From assembly GCA_964229355.1 (NCBI GenBank), contig CAXRDE010000019.1:389557-453556 (forward strand): 64,000 nucleotides of DNA. Direction: 5' to 3'. Source of the stretch: Candidatus Sericytochromatia bacterium (GTDB lineage: Bacteria; Cyanobacteriota; Sericytochromatia; UBA7694). Shown one piece after another: positions 49,422 to 59,311 of the stretch. The position numbers were made by a program, and so were the translations under genes. The notes below the pieces were generated by a model, which worked only from the letters and a program-made list of their open reading frames with translations, was not told the origin of the DNA and searched no databases. The first letter of the stretch is position 1; each line of letters begins with the position of its first letter.

Positions 49422-50597
49422 ATGCCCATGCGTTATTTGACTGCCGGAGAATCCCATGGCAAGGCGCTGGTGGGCATTATTGAAGGTTTACCCTCAAACA
49501 TTGCGGTAGATGCCGAGGCCATTGTGCACCAATTGCAGCGCCGCAAGCACGGCTATGGTCGCGGTCGGCGCATGCAGATCGAAACCGATGCCATTGAAAT
49601 TTTGTCGGGGGTTCGTCACGGTTTGACCCTGGGCAGCCCCATTGGCGTGATTCTGCCCAACAAGGACTGGAAAAACTGGCAAGATATTATGCAGCCAGAA
49701 CCCGCCGAGGGCGATATTAAGCGCCAGGTGTTTGTGCCCCGTCCGGGCCACGCCGATCTGGTGGGAGCGATTAAGTACAAATATCACGATCTGCGCAATT
49801 CACTGGAGCGCGCGAGCGCTCGTGAAACGGCCATGCGCGTGGCCTTGAGCTGTTTTGCCCGTCAGTTTTTAGAACAGTTGGGCATTCACATTTCGAGCCG
49901 TGTGACCCAAATTGGCGCAGTACAAGACACTTCTGTCCTGGCCCATGATATTGCCGATCTCAACGCGGCCATTGATGCTTCACCGGTGCGGGTGCAAGAT
50001 CCCCAGGCCGAAGCCGCCATGATGGCCGCCATTGACGAAGCCAAAGCCGAGGGCGATAGCCTGGGTGGCATTTTTGAAGTGTACGCTTCGGGGCTGCCCG
50101 TGGGATTGGGGTCTTACAGCCAGTGGGACCGTCGCTTAGACACGCGCATTGGCGCCGTATTTTTGGGCATGAACGCCATCAAAGGCGTGGAACTGGGCTT
50201 AGGCTTTGAGGCCGCTCGTATTAAAGGCTCTTTGGCCCACGACGAAATGACCCCCGGCGAAGGCCCTTTAGATGTAAATTACCCCACCAATCGCGCAGGC
50301 GGTATTGCAGCGGGTGTCAGCACCGGTCAACCCCTGGTGGTACGGGTGGCAAAAAAACCCATTGCCACACTCATGAAGCCGCTTCAGTCTGTGGATTTGC
50401 GCAGCGGCGAAGCTGACAAGGCCCATATTGAACGCTCCGACACCTGCGCCGTGCCTGCGGCTGCCGTGATCGGCGAAGCCCTGCTGGCGCTCACCCTGAC
50501 CGAGTTCATCTTAGAAAAATTCGGGGGCGATAGCTTTGAAGAGGTGCAAGAGCGCTTTCAGAGCTGGGGCGAAAGTCTAAAGCAGGCGCAGCTTTAA
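49422..50597 (+). CDS. aroC: Chorismate synthase
   Basis: MRYLTAGESHG N-terminal signature, GRSSARETA-like region. Confidence 0.9.
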   Translation: MPMRYLTAGESHGKALVGIIEGLPSNIAVDAEAIVHQLQRRKHGYGRGRRMQIETDAIEILSGVRHGLTLGSPIGVILPNKDWKNWQDIMQPEPAEGDIKRQVFVPRPGHADLVGAIKYKYHDLRNSLERASARETAMRVALSCFARQFLEQLGIHISSRVTQIGAVQDTSVLAHDIADLNAAIDASPVRVQDPQAEAAMMAAIDEAKAEGDSLGGIFEVYASGLPVGLGSYSQWDRRLDTRIGAVFLGMNAIKGVELGLGFEAARIKGSLAHDEMTPGEGPLDVNYPTNRAGGIAAGVSTGQPLVVRVAKKPIATLMKPLQSVDLRSGEADKAHIERSDTCAVPAAAVIGEALLALTLTEFILEKFGGDSFEEVQERFQSWGESLKQAQL

Positions 50598-50642
50598 GAA
50601 TTCTGTGAAGCCTCTTATAGCAGGGATAGGCTCACCGTCAAT

Positions 50643-51779
50643 TCATTCAATAGCCTCGGCTTGTGTTGCAGATGCTTTAAAGATTTCGGGGGAGAGTTGA
50701 ATGCGGTGAAGTGTCTTTGTGGGGCTGTCGATGATGTAGAGATGTCCATCACCCCCTTCAGCAAGGCCAGCGGGTTTGATTTGGGAAGAGAGCCCTTGCC
50801 AGCAGCCTGTTTCAGGAGAGGTCCAGGTGGGAATACCATAGCCTTGAAAAAGTACTTGATAGCGTGGGCTATAGTTTAAATTCCATATACCAATGGGATT
50901 GCTCTTTTCGATAAAAGATTTCTTACCTCGTTGTGCAACGGAAGGTAGAGACGAGATTTCTCCAGAAGTGAGGTTAACGCTAAATATTTCTCTCCATCCG
51001 TCATCACTTCCTATAAACATCTGTTTAGGATCAAAGGTAATACTTGAGGGGACAGTCATAACAGTATTCTTTATGGTATTTAAACTTCTTTCGGCAAATT
51101 GTTTGCGGTTAGAATAGATGTCAAATTTTTCTATATTGGCATGGTAGTTTAATTCAAACAATTTGGGTGTGAGGTCGTGGGTGTAATAAAAAATTCTTGA
51201 ACTATCAGGGCTACTGAAAAAAAGTTTTTGTTGTGGACTAAATTGTAGTGAGTTGTAGCGAGAGATACTTAAATGACCAACTCCCTCAATATCTTGTTCA
51301 AGCTTTGTCCAGGTTTTATTGGTGTTGTGGTATTGAAAGAGTTGATCTGTTTCATCATCACCAAGATAAAGATTTTCTTGTTTGTCCACTGCACAAATGA
51401 TTAACTTTTTAAAATCGGGTGAGTTTTCAAAAACTTTTTGTGCTCGCTGCGTGTTGATGTCAAAATGAAACACCTCCGTATCGGTGAGTAAATATAAGTC
51501 ACCAGTAGCCGGACTGCTACACATCGCGTGCAGCGCTTGCGGTGCGTTGCTGATTTTTTCGACGGGTAATTCGAGGTTTTGCGGGGTGAGGTGAAAGTCA
51601 GGACAAGGGTTGTCAGGGTTCTCGATATCTTGAGGAGGTTCTGCTTCAAGTGTGGGGGTAATTTCGGAAGTGGGTTGTGCAGAAGGCTGGTCTTCAGAAG
51701 GCGCTATAGATGCCGTGGTACAGGCCCATAAGAGCAATGAACAGCCCAGACTGAGCAAAGAAAAAATTTTCATAAACAA
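50643..51779 (-). CDS. Secreted/lipoprotein beta-propeller repeat protein, hypothetical
   Basis: Signal with LGCS/LWAC Cys. Repeated ~45-aa beta-propeller-like blades. Confidence 0.5.
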   Translation of the reverse strand: MFMKIFSLLSLGCSLLLWACTTASIAPSEDQPSAQPTSEITPTLEAEPPQDIENPDNPCPDFHLTPQNLELPVEKISNAPQALHAMCSSPATGDLYLLTDTEVFHFDINTQRAQKVFENSPDFKKLIICAVDKQENLYLGDDETDQLFQYHNTNKTWTKLEQDIEGVGHLSISRYNSLQFSPQQKLFFSSPDSSRIFYYTHDLTPKLFELNYHANIEKFDIYSNRKQFAERSLNTIKNTVMTVPSSITFDPKQMFIGSDDGWREIFSVNLTSGEISSLPSVAQRGKKSFIEKSNPIGIWNLNYSPRYQVLFQGYGIPTWTSPETGCWQGLSSQIKPAGLAEGGDGHLYIIDSPTKTLHRIQLSPEIFKASATQAEAIE

Positions 51780-51860
51780 AATGCCCCCGGTGATGATGCC
51801 GTGATGCCTTTATCATAGCAGGCATTCGGCAGCGGTCAACCGAGGGGCTGTTGTCAGCTT

Positions 51861-52103
51861 TTATTGAATCGTGCCCGGAATACCCAAACCTTTACACTCG
51901 CCGGGTTCGGTGCTGGTTTGACCGGCCGCATCGGCCTTGCACTGGTTGGAATAGGTGTTGCCATCGGCGCCACAAACGGGCTGGTAAATGTCAGGACAGG
52001 CCATGGGCTGATTGGTGTCTGTGGGGGTGTTTGAGCGGCGGCAACTGGGGGTGCTGAGCATTAAAATACACAGGGTTGCCAGGGCAAAGCGAGAAGTAAG
52101 CAT
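51861..52103 (-). CDS. Secreted Kazal-type serine-protease-inhibitor domain protein
   Basis: Signal peptide, then CPDIYQPVCGADGNTYSNQCKA…C matching the Kazal consensus C-x-P-x-x-x-P-V-C-G-x-D-G-x-T-Y-x-N-x-C. Confidence 0.65.
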   Translation of the reverse strand: MLTSRFALATLCILMLSTPSCRRSNTPTDTNQPMACPDIYQPVCGADGNTYSNQCKADAAGQTSTEPGECKGLGIPGTIQ

Positions 52104-52203
52104 GAGGGCCTCTTGTTTTTAATTAGATAGGTAGATGTCTAGTTTAACAAAAAATGCGCACTAAAAAAGCGCCCCGAGTCGAAACTCAGAGCGCCTTGTT
52201 TTA

Positions 52204-52277
52204 GGCTGGGGTACTAGGATTCGAACCTAGGAATGTCGGGACCAAAACCCGATGCCTTACCGCTTGGCGATACCCCA
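52204..52277 (-). tRNA. tRNA-Gln (anticodon TTG)
   Basis: Reverse complement reads TGGGGTATCGCCAAGCGGTAAGGC…, anticodon stem TCGGG/CCCGA, loop TTTTGGT. Confidence 0.8.
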
Positions 52278-52374
52278 ATCGTTTAATATAATATCACATC
52301 CCCGATTTGAGGCAACAGGATACCCACGAAAAATTTTGAGATAAATTTGTCAGGATTTTTGCTAAGATAAACAC

Positions 52375-52986
52375 ATGTTCATGACAACCCCTGAAGTCAG
52401 TGCCTTACTGCAAAATCTACAGCCTACCTCTTCCTTCTTGCAAATCATTGAAGGTTACGAAGATGTGGAGAGCGTGGTGGCGGTGCTTGAGACCCAGGAA
52501 AGCTTTGACTTAAAGCAAAATCTGGCCCGCTACCATCAGGATCATCCGCTGGCACAGCTCGAGGGCAAAGAAAAACTCAAATACCTGGGCTTTTTTTTGA
52601 TGCAAAACCTGAATGCGCAAAAGTCCTTTGAGGTGGAGCTACGCTTTCTCCCTCGCTATGCTTATGTGCCTTTGGTGTTGATGTTAAAAGGTTTTGGGCT
52701 GCGAGGCCAAAAGCGAATCCAGATCACCCAGGGCCTCATTTTGCACCAGGAAGCGGTGATCAATAGCGCGGGCATTGTGCGCTTTCACTTTGAACCCCTG
52801 GCGGATTGGGTCAAAGACCTTTCACGGGTCACCGGATTTATGGTGTATTTGCTCTGGCCGCACGCCGATACGGCGCAGGTCAAAGCCCATGAGGCCGAGA
52901 CGTCACAGCCGGTAGCGCCAGAATCCGGTATGATGAGAGCACGTCCAGGATTGAACGTTTACCGCAAAATAGATACGAGAGTTTAG
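52375..52986 (+). CDS. Hypothetical protein
   Basis: 203-aa ORF, no recognised motifs. Confidence 0.4.
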   Translation: MFMTTPEVSALLQNLQPTSSFLQIIEGYEDVESVVAVLETQESFDLKQNLARYHQDHPLAQLEGKEKLKYLGFFLMQNLNAQKSFEVELRFLPRYAYVPLVLMLKGFGLRGQKRIQITQGLILHQEAVINSAGIVRFHFEPLADWVKDLSRVTGFMVYLLWPHADTAQVKAHEAETSQPVAPESGMMRARPGLNVYRKIDTRV

Positions 52987-52996
52987 AGAGATAATT

Positions 52997-54049
52997 ATGT
53001 GGCAAGGCCTTATTCATGCATACCGGGAGTACCTTCCCGTCAGTGACAAAACCCCGGTGGTGTCTTTACACGAAGGCAATACCCCGCTGATTTATGCCTG
53101 TCATTTGAGCGAAATGACCGGTGCCCAGGTGTGGTTGAAATACGAAGGCTTAAACCCCACGGGCTCCTTTAAAGATCGGGGCATGACCATGGCCATTTCA
53201 AAGGCCGCCGAGGCCGGTGCCAAAGCCGTGATGTGCGCCTCGACGGGCAACACCTCGGCCTCCATGGCTGCTTATGCCGCTCGCGCTGGCATGAAAGGGT
53301 ATATTCTGGTGCCCGATGGCTATGTGGCGCTGGGCAAGCTCTCTCAGGCCATGGCCCACGGCGCTCAGGTGATTCCCATTAAGGGCAATTTTGACAAAGC
53401 CTTAGAACTGGTGCGTGAAATCTGCGATAAATACCCGGTCACCCTGGTGAACTCTGTGAATCCTTTTCGCATTGAAGGCCAGAAAACCGGTGCTTTTGAG
53501 GTGTGTGATCAGCTGGGCTTTGCCCCGGATATCCTGGCGATTCCCGTGGGGAACGCGGGCAATATTACCGCTTACTGGCGCGGTTTTACCCTGTATGCCG
53601 AAGCCCATAAAATTGAGTCAACACCCCATATGTGGGGCTTTCAGGCGGCGGGTTCAGCGCCCATTGTGAACAAGCAGCGTGTAGAGAACCCTGAAACCAT
53701 TGCCACCGCCATTCGCATTGGAAATCCCGCCAGCTGGGAATTCGCCAACGAGGCCCTTGAGGCGTCAGAAGGGCACATTGATGCGGTGACCGATGACGAA
53801 ATTTTGGCCGCCTATGGCCTGCTGTCCACCCGCGAAGGGGTTTTTTGTGAACCTGCCTCTGCCGCGTCAGTGGCGGGTGTCTTAAAAATGGCTGAAGCTG
53901 GTCGGGTCAAAAAAGGCAGTCGTATTGTGTGTGTGCTCACGGGCCATGGCTTGAAAGATCCCGATCGCGCCATCGATTACCATATTTCGGGCAAAATTGA
54001 GGCCACAGAGGCCCATTTAGAGGCCCTTGTGGATCTCATGGGGCTCTAG
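52997..54049 (+). CDS. thrC: Threonine synthase
   Basis: PLP-lysine motif [12 protein letters not shown]-fold signatures. Confidence 0.9.
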   Translation: MWQGLIHAYREYLPVSDKTPVVSLHEGNTPLIYACHLSEMTGAQVWLKYEGLNPTGSFKDRGMTMAISKAAEAGAKAVMCASTGNTSASMAAYAARAGMKGYILVPDGYVALGKLSQAMAHGAQVIPIKGNFDKALELVREICDKYPVTLVNSVNPFRIEGQKTGAFEVCDQLGFAPDILAIPVGNAGNITAYWRGFTLYAEAHKIESTPHMWGFQAAGSAPIVNKQRVENPETIATAIRIGNPASWEFANEALEASEGHIDAVTDDEILAAYGLLSTREGVFCEPASAASVAGVLKMAEAGRVKKGSRIVCVLTGHGLKDPDRAIDYHISGKIEATEAHLEALVDLMGL

Positions 54050-54051
54050 CC

Positions 54052-54753
54052 GTGTTGCCTACCTTTGCTGCCGCGACGGTGACCCCAGAGGTGCTGGGGC
54101 AGACGCTGCGTGAGGTGGGGGCCTGTATTTTAAAAGACTTTCCCTGTAATGACCGAACCTTTTTAGAACAGCAGGTCAGGGCCTGGGGAGAGCCCGTCAT
54201 CGAAGCGCGCAATCTGGAGGGCGGCATGGTGTTTGAGGTGACCGTTGACACCAGCGCTGAGTTACCGGCTTATGCCGCCACGCCCTATGCCTTTGACTGC
54301 CACACCGATTGTGCAGAGTTTGCTGAGCCCCCGGATACCGTCCTGTTGCTTTGTGAGCAAGCGGCTGAGCTGGGCGGTGAGAGCCTGTGGGTGCCTTTAG
54401 ATGCCGTCATTCCCCATTTGTCTTACGAGACCTTACGGCAATTGCAAAAACCGCAATTTTACTTCAAAGGCCATTCGCACCCTATTTTGAGCTTAGGCTC
54501 TACCGGTGAGATTGAAGTGCGTTACCAGCCCCTGGCTTTTATGCTGAGTGAGCAATTGGGCGTGTGGCACAAGACCCCCGATCAGGCGGCGGCCCTGGCT
54601 GAGTTTGCCCAGGCCCTGGCCCAGACGGTACAGATCTTTAACCTGGTTCCGGGGGATTGTTTTGTATTTCACAATCGCCGCAGTCTGCACGGTCGTACGG
54701 CGTTTCAGGGGCAGCGGCTTTTAAAACGGGTGCGTTTTAACTTTAAAGCTTAA
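54052..54753 (+). CDS. TauD/TfdA-like Fe(II)/2-oxoglutarate dioxygenase
   Basis: HTDCAEF (HxD), FHNRRSLHGRTAF (distal His and Arg). Confidence 0.55.
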   Translation: MLPTFAAATVTPEVLGQTLREVGACILKDFPCNDRTFLEQQVRAWGEPVIEARNLEGGMVFEVTVDTSAELPAYAATPYAFDCHTDCAEFAEPPDTVLLLCEQAAELGGESLWVPLDAVIPHLSYETLRQLQKPQFYFKGHSHPILSLGSTGEIEVRYQPLAFMLSEQLGVWHKTPDQAAALAEFAQALAQTVQIFNLVPGDCFVFHNRRSLHGRTAFQGQRLLKRVRFNFKA

Positions 54754-54848
54754 GCAAAGGTTTACCTTCCTTAACGTCAGAGCCTTTTACCCAAATCCGA
54801 TAATACCTGTGAAATACTCTTGAAACTAAGCAAAAAGAAGGTAAACGC

Positions 54849-55439
54849 ATGATTAATAACAAACCGGTGGGTCCAAATCCTGATTGGGTGAACAAAGCCC
54901 AGGAGTCCGTGAAAGAGGCCGCAAAAAATATTTCCGGTCCCATGACGCCGCCCGAGTCGGTCAAGGAATCCTTGCGCGATGTGGCTGCGCACGCCGAAAA
55001 AGCAGCTGATAGCGTTCTCGAAGGTGCCAAAGCGCTGTTCCGCTCTGAGAACACCGATATTATTGCTAAAAAAATGAACATCTTTGGTTCAGACACCAAC
55101 CCCAAAGAACTCGTCGAAAACATTCGTAATGCTGAGGGCACTGCTCAGGCCAAATTGTTATTGGGCTTTCAAAAAGAACTCGATGAAATGAGCCCCAAAC
55201 AGCTGGATCAAACCATGGAATACATTGTGGATCAAATGGCTGACGACAAAAATATAGACGATTCACTGCTGGGTGCCCTGGCCAAGTCGGTTATGGAGGA
55301 ATCCTCTAGCCGTGGCATAAAAACCTTACCTGGCCCACGCTGGCCCCACTTGCCCCGTCCCATGCCCATTCAACCCCATTTGATTGAGCGTACAACCCCT
55401 CAGGTTATTAAGCGTCTTGATGACGTGATGCTAGATTAG
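54849..55439 (+). CDS. Hypothetical protein
   Basis: 196-aa ORF with aagaagg RBS. Competing antisense ORF 54743..55141 judged less likely. Confidence 0.4.
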   Translation: MINNKPVGPNPDWVNKAQESVKEAAKNISGPMTPPESVKESLRDVAAHAEKAADSVLEGAKALFRSENTDIIAKKMNIFGSDTNPKELVENIRNAEGTAQAKLLLGFQKELDEMSPKQLDQTMEYIVDQMADDKNIDDSLLGALAKSVMEESSSRGIKTLPGPRWPHLPRPMPIQPHLIERTTPQVIKRLDDVMLD

Positions 55440-55507
55440 GCCGATACGCCAAACAAAAAGCCCGGCATTAAAATGATGCCGGGCTTTTGTGATATTTAAA
55501 GGGGCGT

Positions 55508-56005
55508 TTAACGGTAGTTGTTAAACACCAGCGGTACTTCAATATCTTCTTGCTCACGCAAGAAGCGTTGCACCGCTTGTAAATCATCGCGGTTTTTGGA
55601 CGCGACACGAATGCTATCCCCCTGAATGGTGGGCTTCACGTCTTTTTTAAATTCATCGCGAATCATTTTGGTGATTTTTTTTGCGTTTTCGGTGTCTAAG
55701 GCTTTCACCAGGGCCACGTTTTGTTTCACGGTGCCCCCTAAGGCATGGTCCACATCGCCAAATTTTAAAATTTTAGGACTCAGCTTGCGGCTGGCCAATC
55801 GGGTCAGCAACACCTGATGAATGGCCGTTAACTTCATATCGTCTTCGGTTTTAATGACCAGTTGCTCAGGCTGCAGGTCCAGCTCTGCTTTGACACCTTT
55901 AAAGTCATAGCGGGTGGTAATTTCTTTGATAGCCTGATCGACGGCGTTACGCAATTCTTGAAAATCAAATTCGCTTACAATATCAAAAGAACTCTCTTTT
56001 GCCAT
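55508..56005 (-). CDS. yajQ: YajQ-family nucleotide-binding protein (UPF0234)
   Basis: SFDIVSEFDFQELRNAVDQAIKEITTRYDFKG N-terminus. Confidence 0.8.
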   Translation of the reverse strand: MAKESSFDIVSEFDFQELRNAVDQAIKEITTRYDFKGVKAELDLQPEQLVIKTEDDMKLTAIHQVLLTRLASRKLSPKILKFGDVDHALGGTVKQNVALVKALDTENAKKITKMIRDEFKKDVKPTIQGDSIRVASKNRDDLQAVQRFLREQEDIEVPLVFNNYR

Positions 56006-56095
56006 TGGGTTTCCTTTCTTTTGCTTGGGTTTGTTACCCAGTATATATTATGATGGATAGAGAATTCTCCTAAGCAGAAAGGTGGTGGTGGATCG

Positions 56096-57274
56096 GTGAG
56101 TGAGGACAAAGACTCCAAAACCGAAGACGCAACCCCAAAACGACGTCAAGAAGCGCGACAAAAGGGTCAAATCCTCAAGAGTAAGGAAGTCAATACGGCA
56201 GTCCTGATCTTGATGTCTGCGTATGCGTTGAACTGGTCCGGCGGCTTTATTTATCGGACGATTTTTAAGTACATTCAAATGACGTACTTTGAAATGCCCT
56301 GGATTGCGGAAGGATTCACTAAAGCAAACCTTTTTAATTACGGCATTAAGTCTGTACAGATTATGGGCATGATGCTGGCCCCGATCTTTGCCATTCTTTT
56401 TCTTTCGGCCTTATTGGTGGAACTGGTGCAGGTGGGCATTTTGATCAGTGGTAAGCCCCTGAAGCCCCAGCTGGAGCGGATTCACCCCATTAAAGGCTTT
56501 AAGCGGGTGTTTTCGCTGAAGTCTATTGTAGAGCTGGTGAAAAGTACCGTTAAAACCGTGATTGTGGGCTATATCGTGTTTACTACCATTCGCGATTACC
56601 TACCCATGATCATTTACAGTCTTAAAAACCCGGTAGCCAATGCCATGGTGATTGCGGGGACGCTGATTATTACCATTGCCAAAAAGACCGCTGCAGCCAT
56701 GCTGGTGGTGGCTTTTATTGACTATTTCTACCAGCGCTGGGAATTTGAAAAAGGCCTGCGCATGTCGAAGCAAGAGGTCAAGGACGAATACAAGCAGACC
56801 GAGGGTGACCCCTTAATCAAGGGTAAACAGAAGCAGAAAATGCGCCAGATGAGTATGGGACAGGTGCAACAGGCCGTTCCTGATGCCTCGGCGGTGGTCA
56901 CCAACCCCACCCACTACGCGGTAGGTATTCGTTATGAAGACGGCATGGAAGCTCCCAAGGTGGTAGCCAAGGGCCGCGATGAACTGGCCATTTATATTAA
57001 AGAAGTGGCCAAGGAACACGATATCCCTATTTTTGAAGATCCGCCCCTGGCTCGCGGACTGTACGGCAGTTGCGAGCTGGGCGAGTTTATTCACCCCGAC
57101 TTCTTTATGGCCATTGCCAAAATTATTGCCTACCTGATGAAACAAAAAGGCGGCAAAATTGCACCCCCTGATGACAGTGAAAAAGAAAGTCGCGGTCGCC
57201 AGGGCCTGGGCATGAGTGATGAAGATCGCGAAAGTTTAGATACCGGGGGCGATGGCCCTCTCATTCAACATTAA
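56096..57274 (+). CDS. flhB: FlhB/SctU-family type III secretion export-apparatus switch protein
   Basis: GTG start with ggtggtgg RBS. N-terminus EDKDSKTEDATPKRRQEARQKGQILKSKEV, four TM helices, NPTH autocleavage motif (VVTNPTHYAVGIRY), extended acidic C-tail. Confidence 0.75.
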   Translation: MSEDKDSKTEDATPKRRQEARQKGQILKSKEVNTAVLILMSAYALNWSGGFIYRTIFKYIQMTYFEMPWIAEGFTKANLFNYGIKSVQIMGMMLAPIFAILFLSALLVELVQVGILISGKPLKPQLERIHPIKGFKRVFSLKSIVELVKSTVKTVIVGYIVFTTIRDYLPMIIYSLKNPVANAMVIAGTLIITIAKKTAAAMLVVAFIDYFYQRWEFEKGLRMSKQEVKDEYKQTEGDPLIKGKQKQKMRQMSMGQVQQAVPDASAVVTNPTHYAVGIRYEDGMEAPKVVAKGRDELAIYIKEVAKEHDIPIFEDPPLARGLYGSCELGEFIHPDFFMAIAKIIAYLMKQKGGKIAPPDDSEKESRGRQGLGMSDEDRESLDTGGDGPLIQH

Positions 57275-57286
57275 GGCGGTGAATGG

Positions 57287-59308
57287 GTGGCTGTAGCGCC
57301 TTTTCAACTCATGCCCGATCAGCAGGCCATTCAAAGCGGCTATCAGGGCGGTAAAGCGGCTGTGCTGGCCGCTCCAGGCGCAGGCAAAACCACACTGATC
57401 TCGCGTCTCATTGCCCATTGGATGCAGCACCAAAAGGTGTTGGGGCAGCATATTCTGGTGTTGACCTTCACCGAAAATGCCGCTCGCGAGTTTGAACAAC
57501 GTACCCTGACGCTCTTGCGTGAAACGGCTCCCCATCAGGCATCGCCCACCTTTGCCACCATTCACAGTTTTTGTAATCGTTTATTGCGCCAATGGGATGC
57601 CCAATACGCTGAGCGTCAGGTGGCCGGGGACGAACGTCGCTATGCCATTCTTGACGAACTGCTGAGCGAGGCCAATCTCTGGAGCAGTGATCTGGACTAT
57701 ACCCGTGTGCTGGCAGACACTTTAATTCCCGCCTATCGGCAGCGGCCCTATTTGCGCCAACCTGAAAGTGCGGCCCAATTGCAGGACTGGGTGGGCATTG
57801 ACTCGGAACACGCTCCCTTGTTATTGCAATTGCCCGAACTGGTACAACGTTACGATGCAGCGCTGGCTGAGGCTGAACTCATCGATTATGACCTGATGAT
57901 TGTGGCCACCTGTGAACTCTTGCAGGCCCAGCCCGTGCTCTTGCAACGCCTACGCCAGCGCTACCGCTATGTGCTTGAAGACGAAGCTCAGGATTCTAAC
58001 GCGGCCCAAAGTGCGCTGTTGGCTCTGATTTGTGGCCCTGAGGGGCACTGGTTGCGCGTGGGAGACCCCAACCAGAGTATTTATGGTTTTGGCGGTGCTG
58101 ACTTTCGGCAATTGCAGCAATTTGCCGAAGCAGAGCAGTTTTTTCCTATGGCGCAGAGCAACCGTTCCAGCGCCGGGATCATGCAGTTCGCCAATGCTTA
58201 TCAGCAGGCCTTTGACGGGTTTTTTCCTTCGGCGGTGCAGCTCAAGCCGGGCTTTAAAAACCCCGACAACGGATGGATCTGGGTCAAAGCCTATGGCCAT
58301 TGGCAAGAGGAGCTGCAGGCCACGCTGCAGGCGGCGCGAACCCTGTTAGCGGAACAGCACAGTGTGGGTGTCCTGTGTCGCACCAACCAAAATGCCCAGT
58401 GGCTTTATGAACAGTTTCAAGCGGTGGGTTTGCCTGCGGTATTGCACCATGACCGGGCCGATCACTTCTTTCAGTCTGAGGGTGTAAAAGCCTTAGAGCA
58501 GGTCATGGCCTTTTTGCTGGAACCCCATCAATTTTACCGTTACCAGCAGGCGCTGTTGGCTTTGGGGATTGATCGTCACAGTCTCAAGCTGTTACTGAAC
58601 CCCGACTCTCCCGTTGCCACCCAGATGCAAGCGCTGGCAGAAGGCCTGGTGTATCACCCGGCAGCCCCGGCTCAGGCTTATCAACGTTTGCTCACCGTCA
58701 ACCAGCACCTGTGGTTTTTGATTGAGCACGCCCATTACCCGCTGGCAGACCTTTTAGAGTGGGTGGTAGAAACCCTCTTTGAGACCCCTGAGGCCCGCAT
58801 GCAGCTGCGTATTTTGCAGGGGCTGTGGCAACAGGCGCACCCGGTGCCGGTACAGCAGCCTGAGATGTTTCACCAGTGGCTGTCGCAGGCGGGCAGCCGC
58901 AAAATTCGCCAGGCGCTAATTCCTGATGCAGCCCAGTCAGAGCTCACCCGACCCGGTGTACTGCACCTGATGACGGTGCATAAATCCAAGGGCCTGGAGT
59001 GGGATGCGGTGTTAATGCCCCTGTTTCACTTTGGTAAGCCCTTTGATTTTCCCGATACCGAAGTGCGTATTTTGCAAAAATGCTTACAGCAGGGAGCCAC
59101 CTACCCTGCCATGCTGGATCAGGTCAAGGAACAAGAAGAAGCTGAAAGTGTGCGCCTGGTTTACGTGGGTCTGACCCGCGCCCGTCGCTTTTTAAGCTTA
59201 ACCCGTGCCCGCGAAAAATACCGGCCCGCAGGCGTCTTTCAGGCCGGAGATGATGCGTTTTTTGCCACCTTACAACAGATTTACAAACACCAAAAAAGCG
59301 AGGCCTAA
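57287..59308 (+). CDS. UvrD/Rep-family ATP-dependent DNA helicase (short form)
   Basis: Walker A APGAGKTT, DEAQD, LMTVHKSKGLEWDAV, VGLTRAR. Confidence 0.75.
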   Translation: MAVAPFQLMPDQQAIQSGYQGGKAAVLAAPGAGKTTLISRLIAHWMQHQKVLGQHILVLTFTENAAREFEQRTLTLLRETAPHQASPTFATIHSFCNRLLRQWDAQYAERQVAGDERRYAILDELLSEANLWSSDLDYTRVLADTLIPAYRQRPYLRQPESAAQLQDWVGIDSEHAPLLLQLPELVQRYDAALAEAELIDYDLMIVATCELLQAQPVLLQRLRQRYRYVLEDEAQDSNAAQSALLALICGPEGHWLRVGDPNQSIYGFGGADFRQLQQFAEAEQFFPMAQSNRSSAGIMQFANAYQQAFDGFFPSAVQLKPGFKNPDNGWIWVKAYGHWQEELQATLQAARTLLAEQHSVGVLCRTNQNAQWLYEQFQAVGLPAVLHHDRADHFFQSEGVKALEQVMAFLLEPHQFYRYQQALLALGIDRHSLKLLLNPDSPVATQMQALAEGLVYHPAAPAQAYQRLLTVNQHLWFLIEHAHYPLADLLEWVVETLFETPEARMQLRILQGLWQQAHPVPVQQPEMFHQWLSQAGSRKIRQALIPDAAQSELTRPGVLHLMTVHKSKGLEWDAVLMPLFHFGKPFDFPDTEVRILQKCLQQGATYPAMLDQVKEQEEAESVRLVYVGLTRARRFLSLTRAREKYRPAGVFQAGDDAFFATLQQIYKHQKSEA

Positions 59309-59311
59309 GTC

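Noticed and set aside
54743-55141. 132-aa minus-strand ORF overlapping the 196-aa plus-strand hypothetical
   Set aside because: Both are unsupported by motifs. The plus-strand ORF has a better RBS and the longer frame. Minus ORF not reported.
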